In this document: piece by piece, positions 1 to 9,279 of the stretch
Layout: every line of letters begins with the position of its first letter
Numbering within the stretch: the first letter of the stretch is position 1
From: Verrucomicrobiota bacterium
GTDB lineage: Bacteria > Verrucomicrobiota > Lentisphaeria > Lentisphaerales > Lentisphaeraceae
Direction: 5' to 3'
DNA: 52,408 bases
NCBI GenBank assembly: GCA_039798785.1
Contig: JBDKFG010000069.1
Coordinates: 1-52,408 of the forward strand
Notes under the pieces: model-generated
Databases searched by the model: none
Told to the model about the DNA's origin: nothing
What the model saw: only the letters and a program-made list of their open reading frames with translations
Program-made: the position numbers and the translations under genes

Positions 1-195
1 ACTCCTCATGCTCTCCCAAACTCCTCCCGGGCTTTCGCTCGGTCGCCACATCAGCGGCGGGTCCATAGAATATCGCCAGTCCTCGAAGCGTCCAGGGCTG
101 GAGGAGCGATTTTTGAAAGAATTCTTGGATTTTTCTCAATGATCGCAGCAAAAGCTTGCAAGGACAAGTGCTGACGCCGCTGCGCTGCGTGACGC

Positions 196-939
196 CTAGT
201 CCTTCGGCAACTCGAGTTGATCCCAGCCGAGGAGCTTGAAGGGGGCAAGGAAATCCTCGGGCACGGGGGCCTGGATGCTGAGGATCCGGCCATCCAAGGG
301 ATGTGGGAAGTCCAGACTGAGCGCGTGGAGCATGAGGCGGCTGGTGCCGGTCTTCTCGCGGAAGAAGCGGTTCTGCTTATTGTCGCCTTCCTGGGTGTCG
401 CCGATGAGCGGGTGGTTTTCATCGCGCATGTGGCGGCGGATTTGGTGGAAGCGGCCGGTCTCCGGCAGGACATGCAGGAGCGAATAGCGTGCGGTCGGGT
501 AATTGCCGCAGGGCCCCTCGATTTCGCTTCGTGCCAAAGTGGTCCATGCAGTGGCGGCCTCCTGCAGATCCTTGCCATTGCTATGTTTAAGCGGCACATC
601 GCGGCGTCCTGAATCGGCGGCCCATCCCCTCACCACACAAAGATAGCTTTTTCGGTGTTCGCGAGATGCGAAGCCCTGCATCAGCTTGCTGCAGGTTTCC
701 CGGTCCTTGGCGAAGACCAGGACTCCGGAAGTGCCGCGGTCGAGGCGATGGGCAGGGTGGACAAAGCAGCCGACGGCATCGCGCACTAGGGACAAGGCAG
801 TGATCCGATCGTGGACCATTTCGGAAGGGTGGACAGCCAGGCCGGAAGGTTTGGAGACGACAACTAGGACATCGTCTTGGTAGAGGATGCCAGGAGTTGG
901 GAAGACGCATTCATCTTCTGTCGGGAGCATTTCGTTCAT
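196..939 (-). CDS. truC: RluA-family pseudouridine synthase, TruC-like
   Basis: Motifs KPSGLAVHP, HRLDRGTSG (catalytic Asp), PETGRFHQIRRH, HPLIGD, RLMLHA; GNYPTARYSL segment is typical of TruC. Confidence 0.8.
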   Translation of the reverse strand: MNEMLPTEDECVFPTPGILYQDDVLVVVSKPSGLAVHPSEMVHDRITALSLVRDAVGCFVHPAHRLDRGTSGVLVFAKDRETCSKLMQGFASREHRKSYLCVVRGWAADSGRRDVPLKHSNGKDLQEAATAWTTLARSEIEGPCGNYPTARYSLLHVLPETGRFHQIRRHMRDENHPLIGDTQEGDNKQNRFFREKTGTSRLMLHALSLDFPHPLDGRILSIQAPVPEDFLAPFKLLGWDQLELPKD

Positions 940-976
940 CGGACAAATCCCTGCATTCAGGAGATGGAAACAGTGA

Positions 977-1001
977 ACCCGGAACCTCTTTGATTCCGGG
1001 T
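977..1001. terminator. Possible hairpin between the hypothetical gene and truC
   Basis: acccggaa-cctctttga-ttccgggt inverted repeat. Confidence 0.35.
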
Positions 1002-1006
1002 GTGCT

Positions 1007-1537
1007 TCAGAAGCTGAGGTGGGCGAATTTTTCCGGCACCTGCCACTTCGGGTGAGCCGGCTGGAGACGCAAATTCAGGCTAAGGCCGATTTCCGGGCGG
1101 CGTCCGAGAGGCTTGAGAAGCGGCAGGAGGGCACGGCGGACCGAGTGCTCCATGGTTTCGTCCCACTCTTCCGGGAATTTGAGCTGCAGGCCGGGTTTGG
1201 CGTCCTTGCGATTGCCGGGGACCCAGTTGATCTGCAGATCGCCGTAGAAATGGCTTTCGGGATCTTCCAGATGCATGAAGCCGGGCGATTCCTGCGCATC
1301 ATAAGAAGAGTAGTAGGTCAGACAATCGAGGACGTCATTGATGCGGCTGCGAAGAAACTGCGGGTTGACATACTTGCGCATCTTCAAGGGCTCAGGATCA
1401 AGCTCGAGTCCGATGAGCTGGACGGGACCGCGCTCGTCCCTGGCGAAGCTGGCCAGGGTGAAATTCTGCCAGTCTTGGGAGAGAGGCATAGGCTTGCGGG
1501 TGACAAAAGCGACGATGTGAGGCCAGATTCTACGCAT
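1007..1537 (-). CDS. Hypothetical protein
   Basis: Co-oriented with its neighbours, protein-like composition, no recognised motif; start uncertain. Confidence 0.55.
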   Translation of the reverse strand: MRRIWPHIVAFVTRKPMPLSQDWQNFTLASFARDERGPVQLIGLELDPEPLKMRKYVNPQFLRSRINDVLDCLTYYSSYDAQESPGFMHLEDPESHFYGDLQINWVPGNRKDAKPGLQLKFPEEWDETMEHSVRRALLPLLKPLGRRPEIGLSLNLRLQPAHPKWQVPEKFAHLSF

Positions 1538-1647
1538 AGTGATCCATTTCGGTTTGAGCGACCAAGTTTAACGCCATCCGGGCCAAAGTCTTCACCTCCG
1601 TCCCATAACCTTGTCAGAAAAATTCCCTAACGCCGCATCCCCCGAGT

Positions 1648-3615
1648 TCACCGAGGCGGCGCCGGCACATAAAAGCTGCGATGACAGGCGGCGGCGAGGC
1701 GGGAGTCCTGATCGACCAGGACGAGCGTCGAGCCTTGCAGCCTTTCGGACAACTGCAGACGCAAGACCAGCACCTGGTGCTCGTCCTGGCCATGACTGGG
1801 CTCTTCGAGAAGAATCAAACCAGGACGTCGGCACAGAGCTCTTGCGAGGAGCACCCTCCTTTCCAGGTCGACGGGCAAGTCCCAGCCGCCAGACCCGAGG
1901 CGGGCCTGGAGGCCGCCTGGCAGGAGCAAGGCTTCATCGGCAGCGGCATCCCGCAAGGCGCGGCGGCAGGCATTTTCATCGGACTCCTGGACGCCGAGAT
2001 CGATATTGCGGGCCAAGGTGCTGCCGAGCAAGGCGGAGGACTGGCCGAGCCAGGAGCGTCCGTCCCGCCCCCCGGGAATCTCCTCCAGGTCGCCGACGAA
2101 GGGACTTTCCAGGCCGGCAATGCGGCGAATCAGGGCCGTTGCGCCCGGACCGTGGAGAAAGATCCTTTCGCCCTGCTTCACTTCCAGCTGGCAGGTCTGA
2201 GCTTCTGCCGCAATCAGATTGAGGCGGAAGGAGCCGCTGCCTGCTCCGTTCTCGACTCGGCTGCCGCCGATGGAGAGAAAATCCTCCAGATCGGCAAGGA
2301 GCCTGGCGCTGCGTTGCAGACGAGCGCGCAGGCCGAGAAGGCGGACTGCCGCGACACATCCCAGCGGTGCCAGGAGGACGAAGACGAGGAAGCGTCCCTG
2401 GCCGATATCGGACAAGGCAAGAGATTCGGAATGAAAGAGGGCGGCGAGGAAGAACGCCGCCAAGCCGGCGCATAGACCGAGAAGATCCTGGAGTCCTCCG
2501 AGGCGCTTCTCCTTCTGTATCTGCCGCAGCAACTCGGCATTGAGCTGAGCCGTCGTCTCCAGGTGGGGCCCCAGCCTGGCAGAGCCGCGCAGATCTTCGC
2601 CGCAAGCTAGGCAGTCCTGCTGCAGACGCATCAAACGCAGACGCAGCGAACTGATCTTTTCATTGAGGCTCTTGCCACGTCTTTCGCTGATCCACAGGAG
2701 TAGAAGCAGCATCGGGGCGAGCCAGAGAAAGGGAATCAGCGGTGCTTTAAGCAGATCGAGCGCGACGACGACTCCGGCGAGAACAATCACAGCCTGCAGA
2801 AGCTCGCTGACGCCGTCGACCAGATAGGCGCGGATTTCGAGGCTGCGCTCGACACGCCGCAAGACCTCATCCTGGCGGGCGGCGCTGGCGGCCGGCTGGC
2901 GTGCCAGCTGCTCGGCGCAATGGTCGAGAAGGGCGCGGTCGATGCGGCTGCCGCAATTGAGAGAATGCCAGAGGCGCAAGGACTGTCCGCAAAGGATGCC
3001 CGCCAGGGAAAAGCTGATCCAGACCAGATGACGGCCGAGAGGTCCCGCCTCAGCCGTCTGGTCAAGCCAATCGCCGAAGACGAGGATCAGCGCGATCAGG
3101 CTGCCGCCGCTGAGCAGAGATGCCAGCAAGGCCAGCGGCAGGTGACTCGCCTGGATCTTCAAGTAAGGAGCGAGCGCCCGAAGGACCGAGATCTCAGGCT
3201 TCACCCCGCCCGGGCGCATGTGCAAGGGAGCGGCGACGCCGGAGTACAAGCCCGAAGCGGCATCGACGGGGATTTCAGAAAGCCCTTCCGCCGGGTCGGC
3301 GATTTGCAGCTTGCCGCCGTTGACGCCAAGGACGAGAACCCAATGGCTTCCCCGCCAATGGGCCAGAGCCGGAAAGGGGCCGGAGGCCAATTCCTCGAGC
3401 GTCAAACGCCGGAACCGGCAGTGGAGCCCGTGAAGGGCGGCGGCACGGCTGAGCTCGGCTGAGCTCGCACCCGCCGCGTCACCGCCGCTTTGCTGCCGCA
3501 GCAGATGCAGAGGAACCTCCAGCCCCCAGAGGCTCAGAGCCATGGCCAGGCAGCAGGGGCCGCAATCTGCAGCCTCCGCCTGAGGCACGAAACGGAGCTT
3601 GGGAAAGGCGCTCAC
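1648..3615 (-). CDS. Peptidase C39-containing ABC transporter-like protein with degenerate ATPase domain
   Basis: C39 motifs Q..AADCGPCCLAM, HW..SHWVLV, IADPAEG; multiple TM helices; C-terminal ABC-like fold. GTG start at 3615 overlaps the upstream TGA (GTGA). Confidence 0.75.
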   Translation of the reverse strand: MSAFPKLRFVPQAEAADCGPCCLAMALSLWGLEVPLHLLRQQSGGDAAGASSAELSRAAALHGLHCRFRRLTLEELASGPFPALAHWRGSHWVLVLGVNGGKLQIADPAEGLSEIPVDAASGLYSGVAAPLHMRPGGVKPEISVLRALAPYLKIQASHLPLALLASLLSGGSLIALILVFGDWLDQTAEAGPLGRHLVWISFSLAGILCGQSLRLWHSLNCGSRIDRALLDHCAEQLARQPAASAARQDEVLRRVERSLEIRAYLVDGVSELLQAVIVLAGVVVALDLLKAPLIPFLWLAPMLLLLLWISERRGKSLNEKISSLRLRLMRLQQDCLACGEDLRGSARLGPHLETTAQLNAELLRQIQKEKRLGGLQDLLGLCAGLAAFFLAALFHSESLALSDIGQGRFLVFVLLAPLGCVAAVRLLGLRARLQRSARLLADLEDFLSIGGSRVENGAGSGSFRLNLIAAEAQTCQLEVKQGERIFLHGPGATALIRRIAGLESPFVGDLEEIPGGRDGRSWLGQSSALLGSTLARNIDLGVQESDENACRRALRDAAADEALLLPGGLQARLGSGGWDLPVDLERRVLLARALCRRPGLILLEEPSHGQDEHQVLVLRLQLSERLQGSTLVLVDQDSRLAAACHRSFYVPAPPR

Positions 3616-4193
3616 AGGTCCCACCCCCGTTCCTCGGCGGCGTTGCGAAGGCGCTGCTGAGAGATCATTTCGGCGATCTGCACCGGCGGCAGGCGCCAGT
3701 CGGAAAGCGGCTCCACCAGTTTCAACGATTCTTCGCGGAACTGATTCCAAGCCGAATCCAGGGAAGTCCAGTCCGGCAAGTCACGATCCGAGGACAGCAT
3801 CCAGGCAAGCCGTCTTTTCTGCAAGGACTCCCTCCATGCCCCCCCTTCTTCCCCGAATCCGTACTCAAGCCGCAGCCAGGCCGGGACCACTTCCCCGGAA
3901 ACCCCTGCTACGGAATCGTCTGCGCGGCTGAAATAGTCTCGCAGCTGCGACTCGTCGAGATGGCGAAGCAGCAGCCATTGCTGCAGTGCCCGGCTGCTTT
4001 CCAGATGGCGTTGACGGCGGAATTTCTCGATCGCGGCCTGCTGAACCTGAGGGGAGACCGGCGCGGCAGCGGCAAGTCTGGTCAGGCGCGCCGCCACTAC
4101 AGGCCACTGTCCCGCCGCGATCAAGGCATCACGCAAATGCTCGAGACGCATACCGGGGAGGTCGGCGATCTCGTCGCTCCATGAAGACTGCAT
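3612..4193 (-). CDS. PpiC/SurA-related helical protein (putative chaperone or maturation accessory)
   Basis: QQAAIEKFRRQRHLESSRALQQWLLLRHLDESQL resembles the N-terminal helical segment of PpiC-related proteins encoded beside C39-ABC exporters; translationally coupled to the exporter. Confidence 0.5.
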   Translation of the reverse strand: MQSSWSDEIADLPGMRLEHLRDALIAAGQWPVVAARLTRLAAAAPVSPQVQQAAIEKFRRQRHLESSRALQQWLLLRHLDESQLRDYFSRADDSVAGVSGEVVPAWLRLEYGFGEEGGAWRESLQKRRLAWMLSSDRDLPDWTSLDSAWNQFREESLKLVEPLSDWRLPPVQIAEMISQQRLRNAAEERGWDL

Positions 4194-4336
4194 AAAAGTT
4201 CCTCGTGCTACGGAACTAAGCTAAGGCTGGAATCAGAACTTGCCTAAGTCGGCCTCAGCTTATCGGGGAGGGAGGGAGACCGCGACACCCTCAAAGAAAG
4301 ACATTCTTTGGAAAGGGATCGATTCAACGGCATCTC

Positions 4337-4365
4337 TTGACACACTCTCTGACCCCGCCTAGATT
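4337..4365 (+). promoter_or_regulatory. Sigma70-type promoter of the liv operon
   Basis: TTGACA-17 nt-TAGATT, followed by a GAGGAG RBS before ATG 4398. Confidence 0.7.
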
Positions 4366-4397
4366 CGGCGCCATTCAACAACGAGGAGCCATCCGCC

Positions 4398-5516
4398 ATG
4401 AAATCGATCGCCGCCCTTCTGAGCTGCCTGTTTCTCAGCACCTTGCCGCTGCTGGCCGAAGACGATATCAAGGTCGGCCAGGTCGCCTCGCTGACCGGTG
4501 GCCGCGCCACCTTCGGCGTCGCTTCCGATGAAGGCTCGAAGCTGGCGATCGAAGAGATCAACGCCGCCGGCGGCATCCTCGGCCGCAAGCTGCAGCTGAT
4601 CACCGTCGACGACCAGTCGAAACCGGGTGAACCCGCCGCCGCCGCCAAGAAGCTCCTTTCCTCCGACAAGGTCGTCGCGCTCCTCGGCGAAGTCGCCTCC
4701 TCCGCCTCTCTCGAAATGGCCCCTGTCGCCCAGGCCGCCGGCATCCCGATGATCTCGCCCGCCTCGACCAACCCCAAGGTCACTGCCGCCGGCGACAAGA
4801 TCTTCCGCATCTGCTTCATCGACCCCTTCCAGGGCACCGTGATGAGCAAGTTCGCCCTCGATACCCTCAAGGCCAAACGCGTCGCCATCCTCACCGACTC
4901 GAAAAACGACTACTCGGTCGGCCTCACCCAGTTCTTCAAAAAGCATTTCACTGCCAACGGCGGCGAAATCGTCGCCGAACGCCAATACGGCGCAGGTGAC
5001 AAGGACTTCCGCTCCATGCTCACCGCCATCCGCAAGGAAAAGCCCGACGCCATCTTCGTCCCCGGCTACTACTCGGAAGTCGCCCTGATCGCCAAGCAGG
5101 CCCGCCAACTCGGCCTCAAGGCCCCCCTCCTCGGCGGCGACGGCTGGGACTCCCCCGCCCTCCTCGAAGTCGGCGGCAAGTCGCTCGAAGGCTGCTTCTT
5201 CTCCAACCACTACTCGCAAGAAGATCAGTCGCCGGTCATCCAGGACTTCATCAAGCGTTACAAAGCCAAATACAACAAAGTCCCCGACGCCATGGCTGCC
5301 CTCGGCTATGACTCCGTCCTCGTCCTCGCCGACGCCATCAAGCGCGCCGGCGGCACCGACAGCGCCAAGCTCACCGCCGCCATCGCCGCGACCAAAGGCT
5401 TCGCCGGCGTCACTGGCGCCATCACCCTCGACGCCGAGCGCAACGCCACCAAGTCCGCCGTCATCCTCGAGATCAAGGACGGCGGCTTCAAGTACAAGTC
5501 CACCGTCCAGCCTTAA
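4398..5516 (+). CDS. livK: Branched-chain amino acid ABC transporter substrate-binding protein (LivJ/K family)
   Basis: Signal peptide; INAAGGILG, FRICFIDPFQG, GGDGWDS, ALGYDS. Confidence 0.9.
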   Translation: MKSIAALLSCLFLSTLPLLAEDDIKVGQVASLTGGRATFGVASDEGSKLAIEEINAAGGILGRKLQLITVDDQSKPGEPAAAAKKLLSSDKVVALLGEVASSASLEMAPVAQAAGIPMISPASTNPKVTAAGDKIFRICFIDPFQGTVMSKFALDTLKAKRVAILTDSKNDYSVGLTQFFKKHFTANGGEIVAERQYGAGDKDFRSMLTAIRKEKPDAIFVPGYYSEVALIAKQARQLGLKAPLLGGDGWDSPALLEVGGKSLEGCFFSNHYSQEDQSPVIQDFIKRYKAKYNKVPDAMAALGYDSVLVLADAIKRAGGTDSAKLTAAIAATKGFAGVTGAITLDAERNATKSAVILEIKDGGFKYKSTVQP

Positions 5517-5537
5517 TTTTAGCAAAGCGCGCGGCCG

Positions 5538-6500
5538 ATGGCGGATTTCCTTCAACAACTCGTCAACGGCCTCGCTCTCGGAGCGATCTACGCCCTCATC
5601 GCCTTGGGTTACACCATGGTCTACGGCGTGCTCCGTTTCATCAACTTCGCCCACGGCGACATCCTCATGCTCGGAGCTTTCGCCGGCTGGGGTTTTTGTG
5701 AGCTTTTGCAGAAGACCGATGCAGATGGCAATGTCAGCCCGCGTTTCGCTTCCTGGGACTGGCTGAACCAGCCCGGCTGGCCGAAGTTCATCATCGTCCT
5801 CCTCTTCGCCATGGCCATCTGCGCCTTGCTCGGCATGGCGATCGAGCGCTTCGCCTACCGTCCTCTCCGCAGCCGCCCCAAGATCACGGTTTTGATCACC
5901 GCCATCGGCGTCTCGCTGCTGATCCAGACCTTGGCTCAGATCTGCTTCGGCGCCACCAACAAGTCCTTCCCGGTCCTGATCGAGCACGATCCAGTCACCT
6001 TCGCTTGCGGTGAGGAGGAAGTCATCATCGAATACATCCAGATGATCATCTTGGTCATCACCCCGCTCCTCCTCGGCATTCTCACCTGGCTGGTGATGGG
6101 CACCAAGACCGGTCTGGCGATGCGCGCCCTGTCGCTCAACCCCACCGCCACCGCCTTGATGGGGGTCGACAACAACAAGGTGATCTCGCGCACCTTCGCC
6201 CTCGGCTCCGCCCTCGCCGCCGCCGGTGGCATCCTCTACGCTCTTTACGCCCCCTCGATTGACCCGCAAATGGGCGTCATGCCCGGACTCAAGGCCTTTG
6301 CCGCTGCCGTCCTTGGCGGCATCGGCTCGCTCGCCGGCGCCGCTCTCGGCGCCCTCATCCTCGGCCTTACTGAGACCTGGGTCGGCGCCTCCGAAGACTT
6401 CTCGCAGTGGAAAGACGCCATCGCCTTCGCCGTTCTCATCCTCGTCCTCCTCTTCAAGCCCACCGGTCTGCTCGGCCGCAGCGACAAGGAGAAGGTCTGA
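5538..6500 (+). CDS. livH: Branched-chain amino acid ABC permease
   Basis: QQLVNGLALGAIYALIALGYTMVYG..INFAHG; KAFAAAVLGGIGS. Confidence 0.93.
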   Translation: MADFLQQLVNGLALGAIYALIALGYTMVYGVLRFINFAHGDILMLGAFAGWGFCELLQKTDADGNVSPRFASWDWLNQPGWPKFIIVLLFAMAICALLGMAIERFAYRPLRSRPKITVLITAIGVSLLIQTLAQICFGATNKSFPVLIEHDPVTFACGEEEVIIEYIQMIILVITPLLLGILTWLVMGTKTGLAMRALSLNPTATALMGVDNNKVISRTFALGSALAAAGGILYALYAPSIDPQMGVMPGLKAFAAAVLGGIGSLAGAALGALILGLTETWVGASEDFSQWKDAIAFAVLILVLLFKPTGLLGRSDKEKV

Positions 6501-7530
6501 TGCGACGCGAACATCTCGCCCTTGCCGGCGCCCTGCTTTTTGCCTTGTCTCTTCAGCTCGGCGCAGGCCAGCTCAACGATCACCTCGCGTACACCTTGCA
6601 GATGATGGGAATCAACATCATCGCCGCCGTCGGCCTCAACCTGATCATGGGGCACACCGGCCAGTTCTCTCTCGGCCACGCCGCCTTCATGGCCGTCGGC
6701 GCCTATGCCGCCGGATTCGTCACCAACCTCGGCTTCTCCGAAATCGGCAACCAAGGCCATTTCACCTGGAACTCACACGCGATCTTCTTTGCCGCGACCC
6801 TCAGCGCCGGCCTGATCGCCGCCTTCGTCGGCATCCTCGTCGGCATCCCCTCGCTCCGCCTCCGCGGCGACTATCTCGCCATCGTCACTCTCGGCTTCGG
6901 CCAGATCGTCAGCGTCGCCTTCAAGAACTTCCACAACCACGAAGGCGTCCGTGAGAAGTTCGACTTCATCGGCTCTTCCGGCATGTCGGTCCCCGGCATC
7001 GCCTCCCTCGGCTGGATCTGGTTCTGGTGCGCCGTCGCCATCACCCTGGTCGGCTGCCTCGTCAACTCCACCTGGGGCCGCGCATTCCTCGCCGTCCGCG
7101 ATGATGAAATCGCCGCCGAATCGATGGGTGTTCCCGCGACGCGCACCAAGGTCACCGCCTTCGCCATCGGCGCCGGACTCGCCGGCATCGCGGGTTCCCT
7201 CTCCGGCCACCTCACCTGCAACGTCACCCCGGAATCCTTCGATTTCATGCGCAGCATCGACATCGTCGTCATCGTCATCCTCGGCGGCATGGGCTCGACC
7301 GCCGGAGTCATCGCCGCCGCCGTCATCCTCACCCTGCTGCCGCAGGGCTTGAGCTATCTCGACCAGTTCGTCTTCAAGATCTTCCCGAATGCCCCCGAGA
7401 TCCTGCACGGCATCCTCGGCAACCGCCTGCTCTTCTACGCCATCCTGCTCATCGCCCTGATGCTGATCCGTCCCCAGGGGCTCTTCGGCACCTGGGACGC
7501 CAGCCGACTCTTCCAGCGCGGAGAGAAGAA

Positions 7531-7534
<4 letters not shown>
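6500..7534 (+). CDS. livM: Branched-chain amino acid ABC permease
   Basis: GLNLIMGHTGQFSLGHAAF, LRLRGDYLAIVTLGF; ATG at 6500 overlaps the livH stop (TGATG). Confidence 0.92.
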
Positions 7535-8313
<779 letters not shown>

Positions 8314-8337
8314 GTGAGCTATCCTTGAGAGGCGACT

Positions 8338-9207
8338 TCATTTCTTGATCAGCAAATCCCGATCGGGTTCGCGTCCGTAGCCGCGGATGCGGATGGACTT
8401 CTCGTCGATCTCGACCAGGGCGAAGGAGTTGTCAGGGGTGTCGACCATGCCTTGGAAGGTGAGATAGTGGACGCCCTTGCGCTCGGCGTAGCCGCCATGG
8501 TGATTGTGGCCGTTGAGCCAGGCCTTGACACAGGGGTGTTGATCGATCAGGGAGAGCATCTCTGGGGCGTTCCAGAGGTTGTCGGCGGCAATGGGCAGGA
8601 GTGGGAAATGGCAGAGGAGGATGACCTTCTCGCCCTTCTTTCCGGCGGCCTCAAGCTGCAGCCGGAGCCAGGCGATCTGCTGCGGTCCGATGGCGCCGTT
8701 GTAGGTGGCAGGTTTGGGATTGAGCTGGGCGTAGTAGGCGCGGCTTTCGAGGTCCTTGGGGCTGCCCTTGGGGTGGGCGTAGAGGCTGAGCTCGTTGCCG
8801 TCGAGGGCGATGAAGCGCCAGCCCTTGGTCGCCCAGGAGTAGTAGGGCGCGGGCATGGAAAGGAGCTTGTGAATGCCGTCCTTGAACTTGTCTTCGACCG
8901 AGAAGTCGTGGTTGCCGAGAACGTGGTAGATATGGAAGTCGAAGGCGCGGCAGATCTTGAGGACGGGCTCGAAGCTTTCGTAGCGATCATCAATGAAGTC
9001 GCCGAGATGGACCAGCCATTCGGGATGGAGACGCTGGAACTCCTCCATCGCGACCTGCAGCTTGCGGGGCGATTCATCGTAGTGGCGGCGCCCGGCAGTC
9101 GGCTTGGCGCAGTACTGGCAGTCGGTCATGGCGCCGAAACGCAGGGTTTCCGGAGCGCTGCTGCAGGAGGCCATGAGAAAAGCGGAGAGAAGGAGCTTGC
9201 GGATCAT
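8338..9207 (-). CDS. Calcineurin-like metallophosphoesterase (Mn-dependent ADP-ribose/CDP-alcohol diphosphatase-like), probable lipoprotein
   Basis: DCQY, LGDFID, LGNHD, CHFP, GHNH motifs; lipobox-like LMASC after ATG 9207. Confidence 0.8.
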   Translation of the reverse strand: MIRKLLLSAFLMASCSSAPETLRFGAMTDCQYCAKPTAGRRHYDESPRKLQVAMEEFQRLHPEWLVHLGDFIDDRYESFEPVLKICRAFDFHIYHVLGNHDFSVEDKFKDGIHKLLSMPAPYYSWATKGWRFIALDGNELSLYAHPKGSPKDLESRAYYAQLNPKPATYNGAIGPQQIAWLRLQLEAAGKKGEKVILLCHFPLLPIAADNLWNAPEMLSLIDQHPCVKAWLNGHNHHGGYAERKGVHYLTFQGMVDTPDNSFALVEIDEKSIRIRGYGREPDRDLLIKK

Positions 9208-9279
9208 GGGTTGCCTTTGGGTTTGGAACGAAAAACCTGCGCCGCAGTGGACGGCGCAGGGCTGGGAAGGTTCCGGCAA

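Noticed and set aside
1..50. Possible start of a minus-strand gene at position 9 (GGGAGAG then ATG)
   Set aside because: Only three codons lie inside the window; cannot be supported
3616..3750. N-terminal extension of the C39-ABC ORF given in the track
   Set aside because: Overlaps the upstream gene; the GTGA-coupled start at 3615 immediately precedes the C39 domain
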